Origin: Verrucomicrobiota bacterium
Lineage (GTDB): Bacteria; Verrucomicrobiota; Verrucomicrobiia; Limisphaerales; Palsa-1400
Assembly: GCA_049517295.1 (NCBI GenBank)
Contig: JBEKSF010000007.1
Coordinates: forward strand, 7,153 to 71,152
Direction: 5' to 3'
Length of the DNA: 64,000 bases
The position numbers were made by a program, and so were the translations under genes. This document shows, in pieces, positions 23,135 to 31,976 of this stretch; within the stretch, counting starts at the first letter, position 1, and each line of letters opens with the position of its first letter. The notes under the pieces were generated by a model. The model saw only the letters and a list, made by a program, of their open reading frames with translations, ran no database searches and had not been told where the DNA came from.

Positions 23135-24916
23135 TTACTTGAGGGTGAGGGTCTTGCGCAGGTTCTGATGCTCGAGCGTGACGGACGAGCGGTTGATTGC
23201 CAGCACCCGGCAAGCCGCGATTTCCTCGTTCACGTGTAGGGTCCGATTGTTGATCATGGCGCAGGGATGATCGGAAAAAAATATCGCCTGAAGTTTGATG
23301 CCGTTGAACGCCAGTTCCTCCGGAGGCGGACGAGGGCCCGGCGGCGGAACAGTCGGTGGCGCAACATTATGGGCAACAGTCACGGCGGCAATTTCGCTGT
23401 GATTGGTTTGAGCAGGCGCGGCTGGAATTGGGGCCGGCGCCGGAGTCGGGGTTGGGGCGGCCGCCACAGGTGTCGGCTTTGGATCGGCTGTCGCGACGCT
23501 GGCCAGGGATTGCCGGCGTGCCTCTTTTGCCGAAACCTGTTCGAGCCGGACGAACTCCAATCCACACAGCAACACCACCACTGCGGCCACACCCAGACCG
23601 GCATAGAGCCATTGGCGCAAGCCCCACGGCTCGGATGGGGCCGCTTGAACGGCGGCGATTGTTTGCGGTTTGGGCGCGCGAATGGGAGCGGAACGAGCGG
23701 CGGGGACGTGTGCCGCCGCTGCGGCCGAGTCGGGGTTGCGCACGGTCTCACGCCACAAGGGAACGCGATCCGCCAGACCGATTTCCCGCAAATAGTCCAG
23801 GTCCATCGCCGGCAGCGGCAAGCCGTCGGTGGGGGGATTGCTTTCATACTCCAGGACGTTGGCCAGATGCACCACCGTCAACGGGCTGAATGTCTTGTTG
23901 CCGGCGTGCGAGGGATCGTGGTGGTGCGCGGCCGCCTCGATGACATTGGGCGGCATTCCCCACAGGCCGAAGAGATAAGCACCTATTTCGCCGTGCGTCG
24001 CTCCGAAAATGTCCTTCTCGACTTCCCACAATGGAATCTGCTGCTTGTGCGCCAGCGCATGGGCGCCGTTGTATTGCTCGTCAAAGTTGGCCGCAAGGAT
24101 GACCTTGCCAAGGTCGTGCATCAACCCGGCGGTGTAGGCGGCGCCGGCCAGCGCGCTGTCGCTGGTTTCCCGCATCGCCATTTCCCGGGCCGTCCGCGCG
24201 ACGTTGGTGCTGTGCCGCCACACCGCGTCGATTGAGAAATATACCGGCTTGACTTTATCGTATTGACTTAAAAGTTTGATGGTCATCACCAGCGATTTCA
24301 CCGTTTCAAATCCGAGCAGGCCCACGGCTTCGCCGGGGTCGGTAATCGACCGCGGCAGGCTGAACCAGGCCGAATTGAGCACTTGCAGCAGCTTGGTGGT
24401 GATGGCCATGTCTTTGGCGACAATGGCGCCGATCTCCTCGGTCGTGGCGTCGGGATTGTTCAATGCGTTGAGGACCTCCAGGTAAACCGAGGGGATGCTG
24501 GGGAAGGTGCGGATGCGCCCGATCAACTGGCGCATGTTATTGCTCAGCACCCCGGTCGTGGCGGTCAGAGAGCGTTCAACGATGGTTTTGAGCGCGGTCC
24601 TATCGAATGGCCGGGCCAGGAATTGATGGCCGCCCACAACCTGGTTCATTACCCGGTCCCGTTGTGCGTCGGAGGCGACAATGAAGCGGACGGTATTGGG
24701 ATGGGCGACACGGACGTGATTGAGCAATTCGGCGCCGTCCAATTCTGGCAGATCGAGGTTGGCGACGACCGCGGCGTAGGATTCGCGCTGGATAATGCTG
24801 AAGGCGCTCATGCCGCTGGTCACGCCGGTGATGCTCCAGTCGGTGCCTAGAGCTTTGGAGAACTCCTCCATCGCCCGCGGATCCGCGTCCGCAAACAAAA
24901 TGCGTTTTTCGTCCAT
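23135..24916 (-). CDS. Response-regulator receiver + HDOD domain protein with TM helix, Pro-rich linker and small C-terminal beta domain
   Basis: 593 aa. REC motifs are ILFADAD and VVANLDLPELDG. The HDOD region is FPSIPSVYLEVLNALNNPDATTEEIGAIVAKDMAITTKLLQVLNSAWF...GLMHDLGKV. The TM helix is WLYAGLGVAAVVVLLCGL. The C-terminus LQAIFFSDHPCAMINNRTLHVNEEIAACRVLAINRSSVTLEHQ is GspB/PilP-like. Confidence 0.75.
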   Translation of the reverse strand: MDEKRILFADADPRAMEEFSKALGTDWSITGVTSGMSAFSIIQRESYAAVVANLDLPELDGAELLNHVRVAHPNTVRFIVASDAQRDRVMNQVVGGHQFLARPFDRTALKTIVERSLTATTGVLSNNMRQLIGRIRTFPSIPSVYLEVLNALNNPDATTEEIGAIVAKDMAITTKLLQVLNSAWFSLPRSITDPGEAVGLLGFETVKSLVMTIKLLSQYDKVKPVYFSIDAVWRHSTNVARTAREMAMRETSDSALAGAAYTAGLMHDLGKVILAANFDEQYNGAHALAHKQQIPLWEVEKDIFGATHGEIGAYLFGLWGMPPNVIEAAAHHHDPSHAGNKTFSPLTVVHLANVLEYESNPPTDGLPLPAMDLDYLREIGLADRVPLWRETVRNPDSAAAAAHVPAARSAPIRAPKPQTIAAVQAAPSEPWGLRQWLYAGLGVAAVVVLLCGLEFVRLEQVSAKEARRQSLASVATADPKPTPVAAAPTPTPAPAPIPAAPAQTNHSEIAAVTVAHNVAPPTVPPPGPRPPPEELAFNGIKLQAIFFSDHPCAMINNRTLHVNEEIAACRVLAINRSSVTLEHQNLRKTLTLK

Positions 24917-25026
24917 AGTGTGTCCGCCCCGTGCTTGAACGAGGAGGCACGTACGACTTGGTATCGGCGGATTGCGCGATGGACTTAACCCTCAATTCGC
25001 TTTTTCTTATTTACGGCTGGCGAAAG

Positions 25027-25611
25027 TCAGTGGGCGGCCTTCAGCTTGATCCCTTCGCTGATGCGCTTGCATTGGCCGGGAATGATCCGCCCCTCGTGGT
25101 CGTAGCGCAGTTCGATCACCCAATCAAACACATCGTCCGGCCATTTCCCGCCGGGCAGAAGCGCGGCCGGATCGGCGCCCAGGTCATGCGCCAGTTCGGG
25201 CAGCCGGGCGTGGCGCCAGCAGATTAAAATGTTGGTCCCGTGCGCCTTGGATTCCAGTTCGCGCGCCAGCGTCTCCGGTTCCTTGTCCTTGAAGCGGGTG
25301 TCGAGCCGAATATGCAGTGCGCGGCTCAATGGTTCCAGCGTCAGCCGCGGCCGAACGCTGTTTTCGGTGTCGCTGGCCGCGAAGAGGCTGTCCAGTTTCA
25401 CCGGCCTGCCATCGGCCTGGAAGGTCTCAAAATAACCGACGTACGCATTGGCCCGCTCAAAGCCGGCGGGCGACAACTCCTTGCCGCTCTCCGGCTTCTC
25501 GGCGTGACGGATGATCAGGATGACGGCGTCTTTGAGGCCGGGAGCGGCTTCACCCGCCACCAGGCGGGCCAGCCCCATGACTAAGACACCGAGCGCGAAC
25601 AGCTTTTTCAT
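25027..25611 (-). CDS. Secreted histidine-phosphatase-superfamily protein
   Basis: Signal peptide is MKKLFALGVLVMGLARLVAG. The catalytic context is VILIIRHAEKPESG with a second His in ICWRHARLP. The ORF track start is 25656; ATG 25611 is preferred. Confidence 0.55.
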   Translation of the reverse strand: MKKLFALGVLVMGLARLVAGEAAPGLKDAVILIIRHAEKPESGKELSPAGFERANAYVGYFETFQADGRPVKLDSLFAASDTENSVRPRLTLEPLSRALHIRLDTRFKDKEPETLARELESKAHGTNILICWRHARLPELAHDLGADPAALLPGGKWPDDVFDWVIELRYDHEGRIIPGQCKRISEGIKLKAAH

Positions 25612-25657
25612 GCCGGGGGCGCCGGCCGCGACTTTGGGTTGACCTCGATGTCTCATG

Positions 25658-27079
25658 CTATTTCAACTTCCTCTCCAGGATTTGGCCGGCAAGATTCGGA
25701 TTGGCTCTGCCTTTGCTCAACTTCATGACCTGGCCCTTGAGAAAATTCAGCGCCGCGGCTTTGCCCGCCTTGTAGTCGGCTGCCGGCCCGGGATGGGCCG
25801 CAATGGCCTGCTCGCACAGGGCTTCAATGGCCCCGCTGTCGCTGACTTGCGCCAGGCCTTCTTTCTCCACGATGGCAAGCGGCGCCTCCCCGCTGTCGAA
25901 CATCCTTCCAAAAACTTGCTGCGCGGCCGAACTGCTGATTTTTTTGCCTTCAACCAGTTCCACAAGGTCAAGTATATATTCCGGTTTGAACTTCAAGTCC
26001 GCCAGCGCCGTTTTCGTTTCGGCCAGCTTGCCGCGCAGGTTGTTGATGATCCAATTGGCCGCCGCCTTGGGGTTCTTTGCCTTCCGGGCCAGGGTCTCGA
26101 AGTAATCGGCCAGCGGCCGGTCCCACACGAACGTCTGGGCGTCGGAGGCCGGCAATTGGTACTGGCGCATCAGTCGCTGCTTTTTGGCCAGCGGCAATTC
26201 CACCACCCGCCGCTGGACTTCCGCCAGCCAAGCCTCCGTCGGCTGGAACGGCATCAGGTCCGGCTCGGGGAAATAGCGGTAATCATGCGCCATTTCCTTG
26301 CTCCGCATCGTTTCGGTCACCCCGCCCGCATCGTCCCAGCGGCGGGTTTCCTGCGCCAGCTCTCCCCCGCTGTCGAGAACGTGGATTTGACGGGGAATCT
26401 CGTGCTCCAGCGCGCGGCGCACCGCGCTGAAGCTGTTCATGTTTTTGATTTCGACCTTCTTGCCCAACTCCCTCGCGCCGACCGGTCGAACGCTCACGTT
26501 CACGTCGCATCGGACCTCCCCTTTCTCCATATCGCAATCGCTGATGCCCCCATGGCGGAGGACCTGCACCAGCGCGTTCAGATACTCGTAAGCCATCAGC
26601 GGGCCGGTGATTTCCGGCTCGGATACGATCTCCAGCAGCGGCACGCCCGCGCGGTTGAAATCCACCCCGCTGTTGCGCTCGAAATGGATGTTCTTGCCCA
26701 CGTCCTCCTCCAGATGGGCGCGGGTGATGCGCACACGCGAGATGCCGCCATCGAACTCGAAGTCAAGAAAGCCGTTGACGGTGGACGGCTTGTCGTATTG
26801 GGTGATTTGATAATTCTTGGGCATGTCCGGATAGAAATAATTCTTCCGGTCGAACTTGGCCAGCCCCGGCAGCCCGCACCGCAGCAGCAGGCCCGTCAGC
26901 GCAGTCAAGCGCAGCGCCTCCTCGTTGGCGACCGGCAGGACGCCCGGCAGGCCCAGGCACACGGGGCAGACGTTGGAATTGGGGGGCGCGCCGAATTCAT
27001 TGGCGCAGCCGCACCACATTTTGGTGCGGGTCTTGAGCTGGACGTGTGTTTCCAGTCCGATGACAGCCTCGTAATTCAC
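25658..27079 (-). CDS. gatB: Asp-tRNA(Asn)/Glu-tRNA(Gln) amidotransferase subunit B
   Basis: 473 aa. The N-terminus is MNYEAVIGLETHVQLKTRTKMWCGC. Motifs PVCLGLPGVLP and FDRKNYFYPDMPKNYQITQ are present, with a GatB/YqeY tail. Confidence 0.95.
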   Translation of the reverse strand: MNYEAVIGLETHVQLKTRTKMWCGCANEFGAPPNSNVCPVCLGLPGVLPVANEEALRLTALTGLLLRCGLPGLAKFDRKNYFYPDMPKNYQITQYDKPSTVNGFLDFEFDGGISRVRITRAHLEEDVGKNIHFERNSGVDFNRAGVPLLEIVSEPEITGPLMAYEYLNALVQVLRHGGISDCDMEKGEVRCDVNVSVRPVGARELGKKVEIKNMNSFSAVRRALEHEIPRQIHVLDSGGELAQETRRWDDAGGVTETMRSKEMAHDYRYFPEPDLMPFQPTEAWLAEVQRRVVELPLAKKQRLMRQYQLPASDAQTFVWDRPLADYFETLARKAKNPKAAANWIINNLRGKLAETKTALADLKFKPEYILDLVELVEGKKISSSAAQQVFGRMFDSGEAPLAIVEKEGLAQVSDSGAIEALCEQAIAAHPGPAADYKAGKAAALNFLKGQVMKLSKGRANPNLAGQILERKLK

Positions 27080-27160
27080 GACTCTTCGACGGTAAAACTT
27101 CCCCTCGGCGGGGGCAATCTATTTTCGCGCCCTGTCTGAATAAAAGGCGGCGCGGCGCTC

Positions 27161-28633
27161 TCAAAGTTTTCCCGCCACTCGGCGGAAATGGTAGCCCAGG
27201 ATGGCCAGTTCCATGGCTTTCGGAAACTGACGCGGACGCCTGAAAAGCGTGCTCCAGAACAGCCGCCAATATCCGGCGCGGCCACGGTGCCATATCCCCA
27301 GCGCCCAGCACGATTTCAAAAAGGCCATCAAATCGGCCCGCGACAGTCGGCGGCGCGGTCCGGTCGGGCGATGGCTCGTGAGAAAAGTCCGGATGCGCTG
27401 GTAATAGTTTCGCGGCTCGTAAAGGCGCTTCATCAGTTCACGATAACCCCTTTGCAGTGACTCCCGGTTCATCCTCGGCTGAAAATTCAGCGCCGCGTCA
27501 GTGTTGTTGCCGGAGCTTTCGCTCACCAGCCGCCCCTCCCTTTTGAGCCGGTGCCACAACCGCGTCTGCGGCAGCGCCGTCAGCAGTCCCACCATCGCCG
27601 TGACCACCCCGGAGCGTTGGATGAATTCAAACTGCCTCTTGAAAATGTCGCTCTTGTCGCTGTCGAACCCGACGATAAATCCGCCCATGACCTCCATGCC
27701 GGCGCGTTGCAGGGTTTGGACGGAGGCGACCAGGTTGCGGTTGCGGTTTTGGAGCTTGTGACATTCGGTCAGCGCCTCGATCGAAGGCGTCTCAATGCCG
27801 ACAAAGACCTTTCTGAAACCGGCCTGCACCATCAATGCGCACAACTCCGCGTCATCGGCCAGGTTCATTGATGCCTCGGTGAGAAACCCCATCCCGGTCC
27901 GCGTGCGCGAACGCCATTCGACCAGCGCGCGCAGCAGCTCCTTGGTCCGCTCTTTGTTGCCGATGAAATTGTCATCGACGATGAAAACCATTTCATTCCA
28001 TCCGCGTTGCCGCAAGCCCTCCAGTTCGGCGATCAATTGCGCCGGCGTTTTGGTGCGCGGCGCCCGTCCGTTCATCACCGTGATGTCGCAAAACTCGCAA
28101 TCGAACGGGCACCCGCGCGAGAACTGCACCGACATGGTCACATAATGGCGGAATTTGATGAGGTCCCACCGCGGTGCGGGCGAACGGGTGATGTCGGGCC
28201 GGTTCTCGGCGCGGTAAAGGGGTTGCAAGTTGCCGCGCCGCAAATCTTCCACCACCTGCGGCATGACCTCCTCGGCCTCGCCCAGAACGAAGTGGTGGAG
28301 GTCGGGGAAGTCTTCGTGCCCGGTGGTGAACAGAGGGCCGCCGGCAATGACCGTTTTCCCCGCCGCCGCGCACCGCGCCGCTATTTCGCGGGCAGATTCC
28401 TTCTGCACGATCATGGCGCCCAGCAGCACGAAGTCCGCCCAACGCAGGTCTTGCTCCTTGAGCCGCCTCACGTTCAGGTCCACCAGCTTGAGTTCCCAAT
28501 CCGACGGGAGCGTCGCCGCGACCGTCAACAAACCCAGCGGCGCCATGCAGGCCCTGCGGGAAACGAAATGCAGGGCGTGCTTGAAGCTCCAAAACGTGTC
28601 GGGTGTTCTTGGGCTGACCAGAAGTATCTTCAT
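27161..28633 (-). CDS. B12-binding (class B) radical SAM protein with DUF4070-like C-terminus
   Basis: MKILLVSP begins a Rossmann-like B12-binding N-domain. The radical SAM cluster motif is FSRGCPFDCEFCDI. The long C-terminal tail resembles DUF4070. The ORF track start is 28696; ATG 28633 is preferred. Confidence 0.8.
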   Translation of the reverse strand: MKILLVSPRTPDTFWSFKHALHFVSRRACMAPLGLLTVAATLPSDWELKLVDLNVRRLKEQDLRWADFVLLGAMIVQKESAREIAARCAAAGKTVIAGGPLFTTGHEDFPDLHHFVLGEAEEVMPQVVEDLRRGNLQPLYRAENRPDITRSPAPRWDLIKFRHYVTMSVQFSRGCPFDCEFCDITVMNGRAPRTKTPAQLIAELEGLRQRGWNEMVFIVDDNFIGNKERTKELLRALVEWRSRTRTGMGFLTEASMNLADDAELCALMVQAGFRKVFVGIETPSIEALTECHKLQNRNRNLVASVQTLQRAGMEVMGGFIVGFDSDKSDIFKRQFEFIQRSGVVTAMVGLLTALPQTRLWHRLKREGRLVSESSGNNTDAALNFQPRMNRESLQRGYRELMKRLYEPRNYYQRIRTFLTSHRPTGPRRRLSRADLMAFLKSCWALGIWHRGRAGYWRLFWSTLFRRPRQFPKAMELAILGYHFRRVAGKL

Positions 28634-28714
28634 ATTGCAGAAAACCAACCAATGTGGCTCCACTGCCACAGTGCGCCTCTTTGCCCCCTTTTGCAAGGCG
28701 TGTTCGGATTTGTT

Positions 28715-28840
28715 TCAATGTTCAATCCCGGCGCCATAAACGCCGCCTCTTTGCACAAACCAGACTAAACATCATTCTCAATGCTGAATCCCAGCGCGGT
28801 AGGCGCGGTATCTTTGTAGAACTCGAACCCAAACAAATTC
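28715..28840 (+). repeat. Two imperfect tandem ~63-bp repeats, followed by GC hairpin GCCCC-gta-GGGGC (28844-28856)
   Basis: Both units start TCAATG(T/C)T(C/G)AATCCC(G/A)GCGC and contain TCTTTG. Identity is roughly 60-65% by eye. They sit in the 300-bp spacer between the radical SAM start and the SGNH stop. Confidence 0.6.
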
Positions 28841-28937
28841 TAAGCCCCGTAGGGGCGCCAGATTCGGGAATTTGCGCGCAGGCGTTTGCCATGCCCGGGA
28901 GATGCCGCTTCCTGACATTGATTAAGTAGATGCTCCC

Positions 28938-30059
28938 TTACTCCGCCTTGAGCAGTGGGCCAAGCGTTTTTGCGACTATTTCCGCCTGCCGCGTGAACCC
29001 CAAATCCGTCGGGTGCGACCCATCCACGCTGCCTTCCCCGTCGTCGCCGAACAGATGCTCGCCTTCGATGTAATACAATTCCTTGACGCCCTCCCGCCGC
29101 AACCGCTCGTATGCCGCCTTCAAGGCCGCGCGGTCCTTCAAGTGGTAATACTCCATCCGCCCGGAAATCAGATAGGAGTCCTGTATCGTCCGGTCTTCGA
29201 CCAGAACGATCGGCGTCGCCGGATGCGCGTCGCGCAATTTGCGCACGCACGGCTCCATCCGCGCGGTGATTTCTTCCGCCACCATGTTCGGCAGACAGTC
29301 AAGCACATAGACCGACGGGTCCAACTCCGCCAGCAAGTCCGCCATCTCCGGCTCCAGTCTCCCGTTGCCGGAAAATCCAAGGTTGATCGTCGGCCAGTTG
29401 TACCGCCGTCCAAGGATCGCGCTATACACCATGCCGGGCCGCGACGCCGACAGCCCTTGCAAAATCGACGTGCCGTAAAACACGACGGGTTTCCTCACCC
29501 CGGGACCCCACGGCCCCGCCTCTTCCACCGCCGCGCCGGCCGGAAATCCCAGTTCGACAACCTGCACGCCGTTATAGAGCGGCAGATACAACAAGTATTG
29601 GCGCTTGCCGGGTATCAGTTTGTCCGCCAGCGTCACCTCGTTGGTTTGCGCCGTCGGCTGCCCCACCGCCAGCCAGCGCCAGCCGCTGTCCGTCTTCACG
29701 TAAAGGTCCAGGCCGCTCTTTCCAATCGCCGTCATGTTGGCCAGGTAAAGCCAGCTTTCCGTCAACACCCACCGCGCCTGAAGTGTCGTCGCGTCGGTGA
29801 CGAATCGCACGCACATCCCGGAGCTGTTGCGGCTCAGGTCCCAGACCGGCGGACGCACCCTCCCTTCCGCCTTGGCCGGCAGGCGGTCGTAGAAGCTCTT
29901 GGTGTCATTCCACCCGCGGCCCTCCACGCCGAACTGGCGGGCGTCAAACCACAAGGTCGTGTCATTGGTGCGCAAGGGCGCCGGCGCGGCCGCCAGCATC
30001 ATCGGCTTGGCCAGCAAAACGGATGCCCCCAGGGTCCAAAGCAAATTTGGAACTGTCAT
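28938..30059 (-). CDS. Secreted SGNH/GDSL-type esterase with GxDLY N-terminal beta-sandwich domain
   Basis: 373 aa with a signal peptide. The GxDLY motif is GKSGLDLYVK. SGNH blocks are FYGTSILQG, LGFSGNG and DGSHPTDLGF. Confidence 0.8.
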   Translation of the reverse strand: MTVPNLLWTLGASVLLAKPMMLAAAPAPLRTNDTTLWFDARQFGVEGRGWNDTKSFYDRLPAKAEGRVRPPVWDLSRNSSGMCVRFVTDATTLQARWVLTESWLYLANMTAIGKSGLDLYVKTDSGWRWLAVGQPTAQTNEVTLADKLIPGKRQYLLYLPLYNGVQVVELGFPAGAAVEEAGPWGPGVRKPVVFYGTSILQGLSASRPGMVYSAILGRRYNWPTINLGFSGNGRLEPEMADLLAELDPSVYVLDCLPNMVAEEITARMEPCVRKLRDAHPATPIVLVEDRTIQDSYLISGRMEYYHLKDRAALKAAYERLRREGVKELYYIEGEHLFGDDGEGSVDGSHPTDLGFTRQAEIVAKTLGPLLKAE

Positions 30060-30126
30060 GCCACGAACTTACTGGCCAATACTCTTCCGTGGACAGAAAA
30101 AAAACAGGGACGCGCCATCGCGCGGT

Positions 30127-30294
30127 GCAGCTCTTTTTTGGGTGCCTCTTTTGTGGAGTGCGGTGGCAAAGCGTAGCGGCGACACCGCTTTTGACTTTAC
30201 AGAGGCGCGTGGAACTTCCGAGGCGGCGGAAATCGCCTCGCATCAAAGTGGCGTCGCGCCCTCCCTCTTGCCGCCGCGGTCCATATCAAATCGC
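30127..30294 (+). mobile_element. ~170-bp MITE-like / structured repeat, copy A
   Basis: About 85-90% identical (by eye) to the reverse complement of 54591-54763. The termini GTGGAGTGCGGTGGCA (30153) and TGCCGCCGCGGTCCAT (30270) are imperfect inverted repeats. It is intergenic. Confidence 0.6.
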
Positions 30295-30364
30295 CCCTGG
30301 CGGCAGCAAGTCGAATGCGCCTGCCATCGCGCGATGACTCCCCGCCTTCCCTCTCCAAGCGTCC

Positions 30365-31450
30365 TCAATCGCCCATGCTGATACCCAGCGAACGGGCCGC
30401 ATCGATCACACCGCCTTTCGGCGGCACCGTGCGCAGATGCCCGATCGCCTCCGCCAGCGGCACGCTCTCGACCGAAGTCCCGGTGTGGGCGGCCATCTGT
30501 CCGAATTTGCCCTCCGCAATCAGGTCCACCGCCTTGGCCCCGAACAGCGTGCAGATCGTCCGGTCCATCGTCGTCGGACTTCCCCCGCGCTGAAGGTGCC
30601 CCAGGACCACCACCCGCGTTTCCTTGCCCGTTCGGCGCGCCACCTCCGCCGCAACCACCGCGCCAATCCCGCCCAGCCGCGCCTCGCGATTCTCCTCCTG
30701 CGCGCCGCTGGTCACAAAGCCGCCGCCCATTGGCCGCGCGCCTTCCGCCGCAATCACCAGCGTGAAATGCTTGCCCAGCTTTTCGCGCTCCGCCACCGCC
30801 CGGCAAATGCTCTCGTAGCTAAAGGGAATCTCGGGGATGAGGATCACGTCCGCGCCGCCCGACACTCCCGCATAGAGCGCGATCCAGCCCGCATAGCGGC
30901 CCATGACCTCCAGCACCAGCACGCGATTGTGGCTTTCCGCCGTCGTATGCAACCGGTCCAGCGCGTCCGTCGCGCACGCCACCGCCGAGTCGAACCCAAA
31001 AGTGACCGTCGTCGCCGCCAGGTCATTGTCGATGGTCTTGGGCACGCCGACCACTGCGATGCCGTGCTGATGCATCTGGTATGCAATGGCCAAAGTGCCG
31101 TCGCCTCCCACGCAGACCAGCGCCGCCAGGCCCAGTTGTTCCATCCCCTGCCGCGTTTCATCCATCAATTCGGCGGGCAGTTGACGGGTTTCGCCGTGCC
31201 CCACCTTGGCCGAAAAACGGCCGCGATTGGCCGTGCCGAGGATGGTGCCCCCGCGCACCAGCAGGCCGTCCAGCGCCTTGTAGTCCAGCACTCGGAAATT
31301 CCGCGGGGGCAGCAACCCCTCGAAACCGCCGATGATCCCCAGTGTTTCCCACCCGCGTTTGGTGGCCGCTTTGGCCACGGCGCGAATGACCGCGTTGAGT
31401 CCGGGGCAATCGCCGCCGCCGGTGACAATCCCAATCTTCACGCACGCCAT
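30365..31450 (-). CDS. pfkA: 6-phosphofructokinase (ATP-type GGDG motif)
   Basis: Motifs are MACVKIGIVTGGGDCPGLNAVIR, VCVGGDGTLAIA, GVPKTIDNDL and MGRYAGW. The ORF track start 31633 adds 61 repeat-derived residues; ATG 31450 is preferred. Confidence 0.9.
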   Translation of the reverse strand: MACVKIGIVTGGGDCPGLNAVIRAVAKAATKRGWETLGIIGGFEGLLPPRNFRVLDYKALDGLLVRGGTILGTANRGRFSAKVGHGETRQLPAELMDETRQGMEQLGLAALVCVGGDGTLAIAYQMHQHGIAVVGVPKTIDNDLAATTVTFGFDSAVACATDALDRLHTTAESHNRVLVLEVMGRYAGWIALYAGVSGGADVILIPEIPFSYESICRAVAEREKLGKHFTLVIAAEGARPMGGGFVTSGAQEENREARLGGIGAVVAAEVARRTGKETRVVVLGHLQRGGSPTTMDRTICTLFGAKAVDLIAEGKFGQMAAHTGTSVESVPLAEAIGHLRTVPPKGGVIDAARSLGISMGD

Positions 31451-31540
31451 CTTCCAGAACAAGCCCCGCCCGCGCAAGCCCGATCTGTTGGAAAATCTCT
31501 TGACACCGCCACACCGTGCCCGTCCCCCGGTTTCGGTAGC

Positions 31541-31581
31541 GCGACCGTCCCGGTCGCCGTGGCTGGCGTCTCGCCAGCCAC
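31541..31581 (+). repeat. 41-nt double-hairpin REP-like element, copy 2
   Basis: Structure is GCGACCG-tcc-CGGTCGC plus GTGGCTGGCG-tct-CGCCAGCCAC, and here the second stem is perfect. It lies in the divergent spacer between pfk and a small membrane-protein gene. Confidence 0.75.
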
Positions 31582-31689
31582 ATTGCCTTCGTCCCTTCTC
31601 CCCAACGGGTTCGGCTGCGTCTGGGAGCGACAATGCCCTTGCCCTGGATTGCCAAGCGATTTACCATGTCCGCTGCGGGTTCCGCGGAT

Positions 31690-31705
31690 GCGTGGATATC
31701 CACGC
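31690..31705. promoter_or_regulatory. Perfect 16-bp palindrome GCGTGGATATCCACGC, candidate operator
   Basis: Seen directly in the sequence. It ends 20 nt upstream of ATG 31725. Confidence 0.3.
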
Positions 31706-31724
31706 ACTTGAAAGGAATAGCAAA

Positions 31725-31976
31725 ATGACATTTCTCGGCGATGCTCTTTTGTTCCTCGGTGTAATCGTCTGTCTATATGGGGAAGTCAGATTCCTGGTGG
31801 TGCCCTACAATCGTAATCTGTGGTGGTTCTTCGGCTGCCTCTTTGTGCCGCCCGTGGCTTGGATTTTCTTCTTTCTGAATTTGAAGGCCACAATCAGACC
31901 CTTCGCCATTTCGATCGGCGGCTTGATCATGGCTGGCCTTGGCGCTTGGATGTCAGGAGTTGTGTGGCCGCCGTAA
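31725..31976 (+). CDS. Small membrane protein (3 predicted helices), unknown function
   Basis: 83 aa: MTFLGDALLFLGVIVCLYGEVRFLVVPYNRNLWWFFGCLFVPPVAWIFFFLNLKATIRPFAISIGGLIMAGLGAWMSGVVWPP. It is the only plausible part of ORF 31332-31976; the upstream part is repeat-derived. Confidence 0.5.
   Translation: MTFLGDALLFLGVIVCLYGEVRFLVVPYNRNLWWFFGCLFVPPVAWIFFFLNLKATIRPFAISIGGLIMAGLGAWMSGVVWPP

Noticed and set aside
28715-28856. CRISPR array candidates: the tandem 63-bp repeats, the (NTAATC)5 arrays at 41877 and 43501, and the triplet/hexamer tracts at 53879 and 60831.
   Set aside because: There is no repeat-spacer periodicity. The units are contiguous or lie within coding sequence, there are too few copies, and no cas genes are present.
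28634-28937. Cobalamin riboswitch upstream of the B12-dependent radical SAM gene.
   Set aside because: No B12-box-like GCCACTG core in the correct (minus) strand context was seen, and no surrounding conserved helices. The spacer is occupied by tandem repeats instead. An Infernal scan would settle it.
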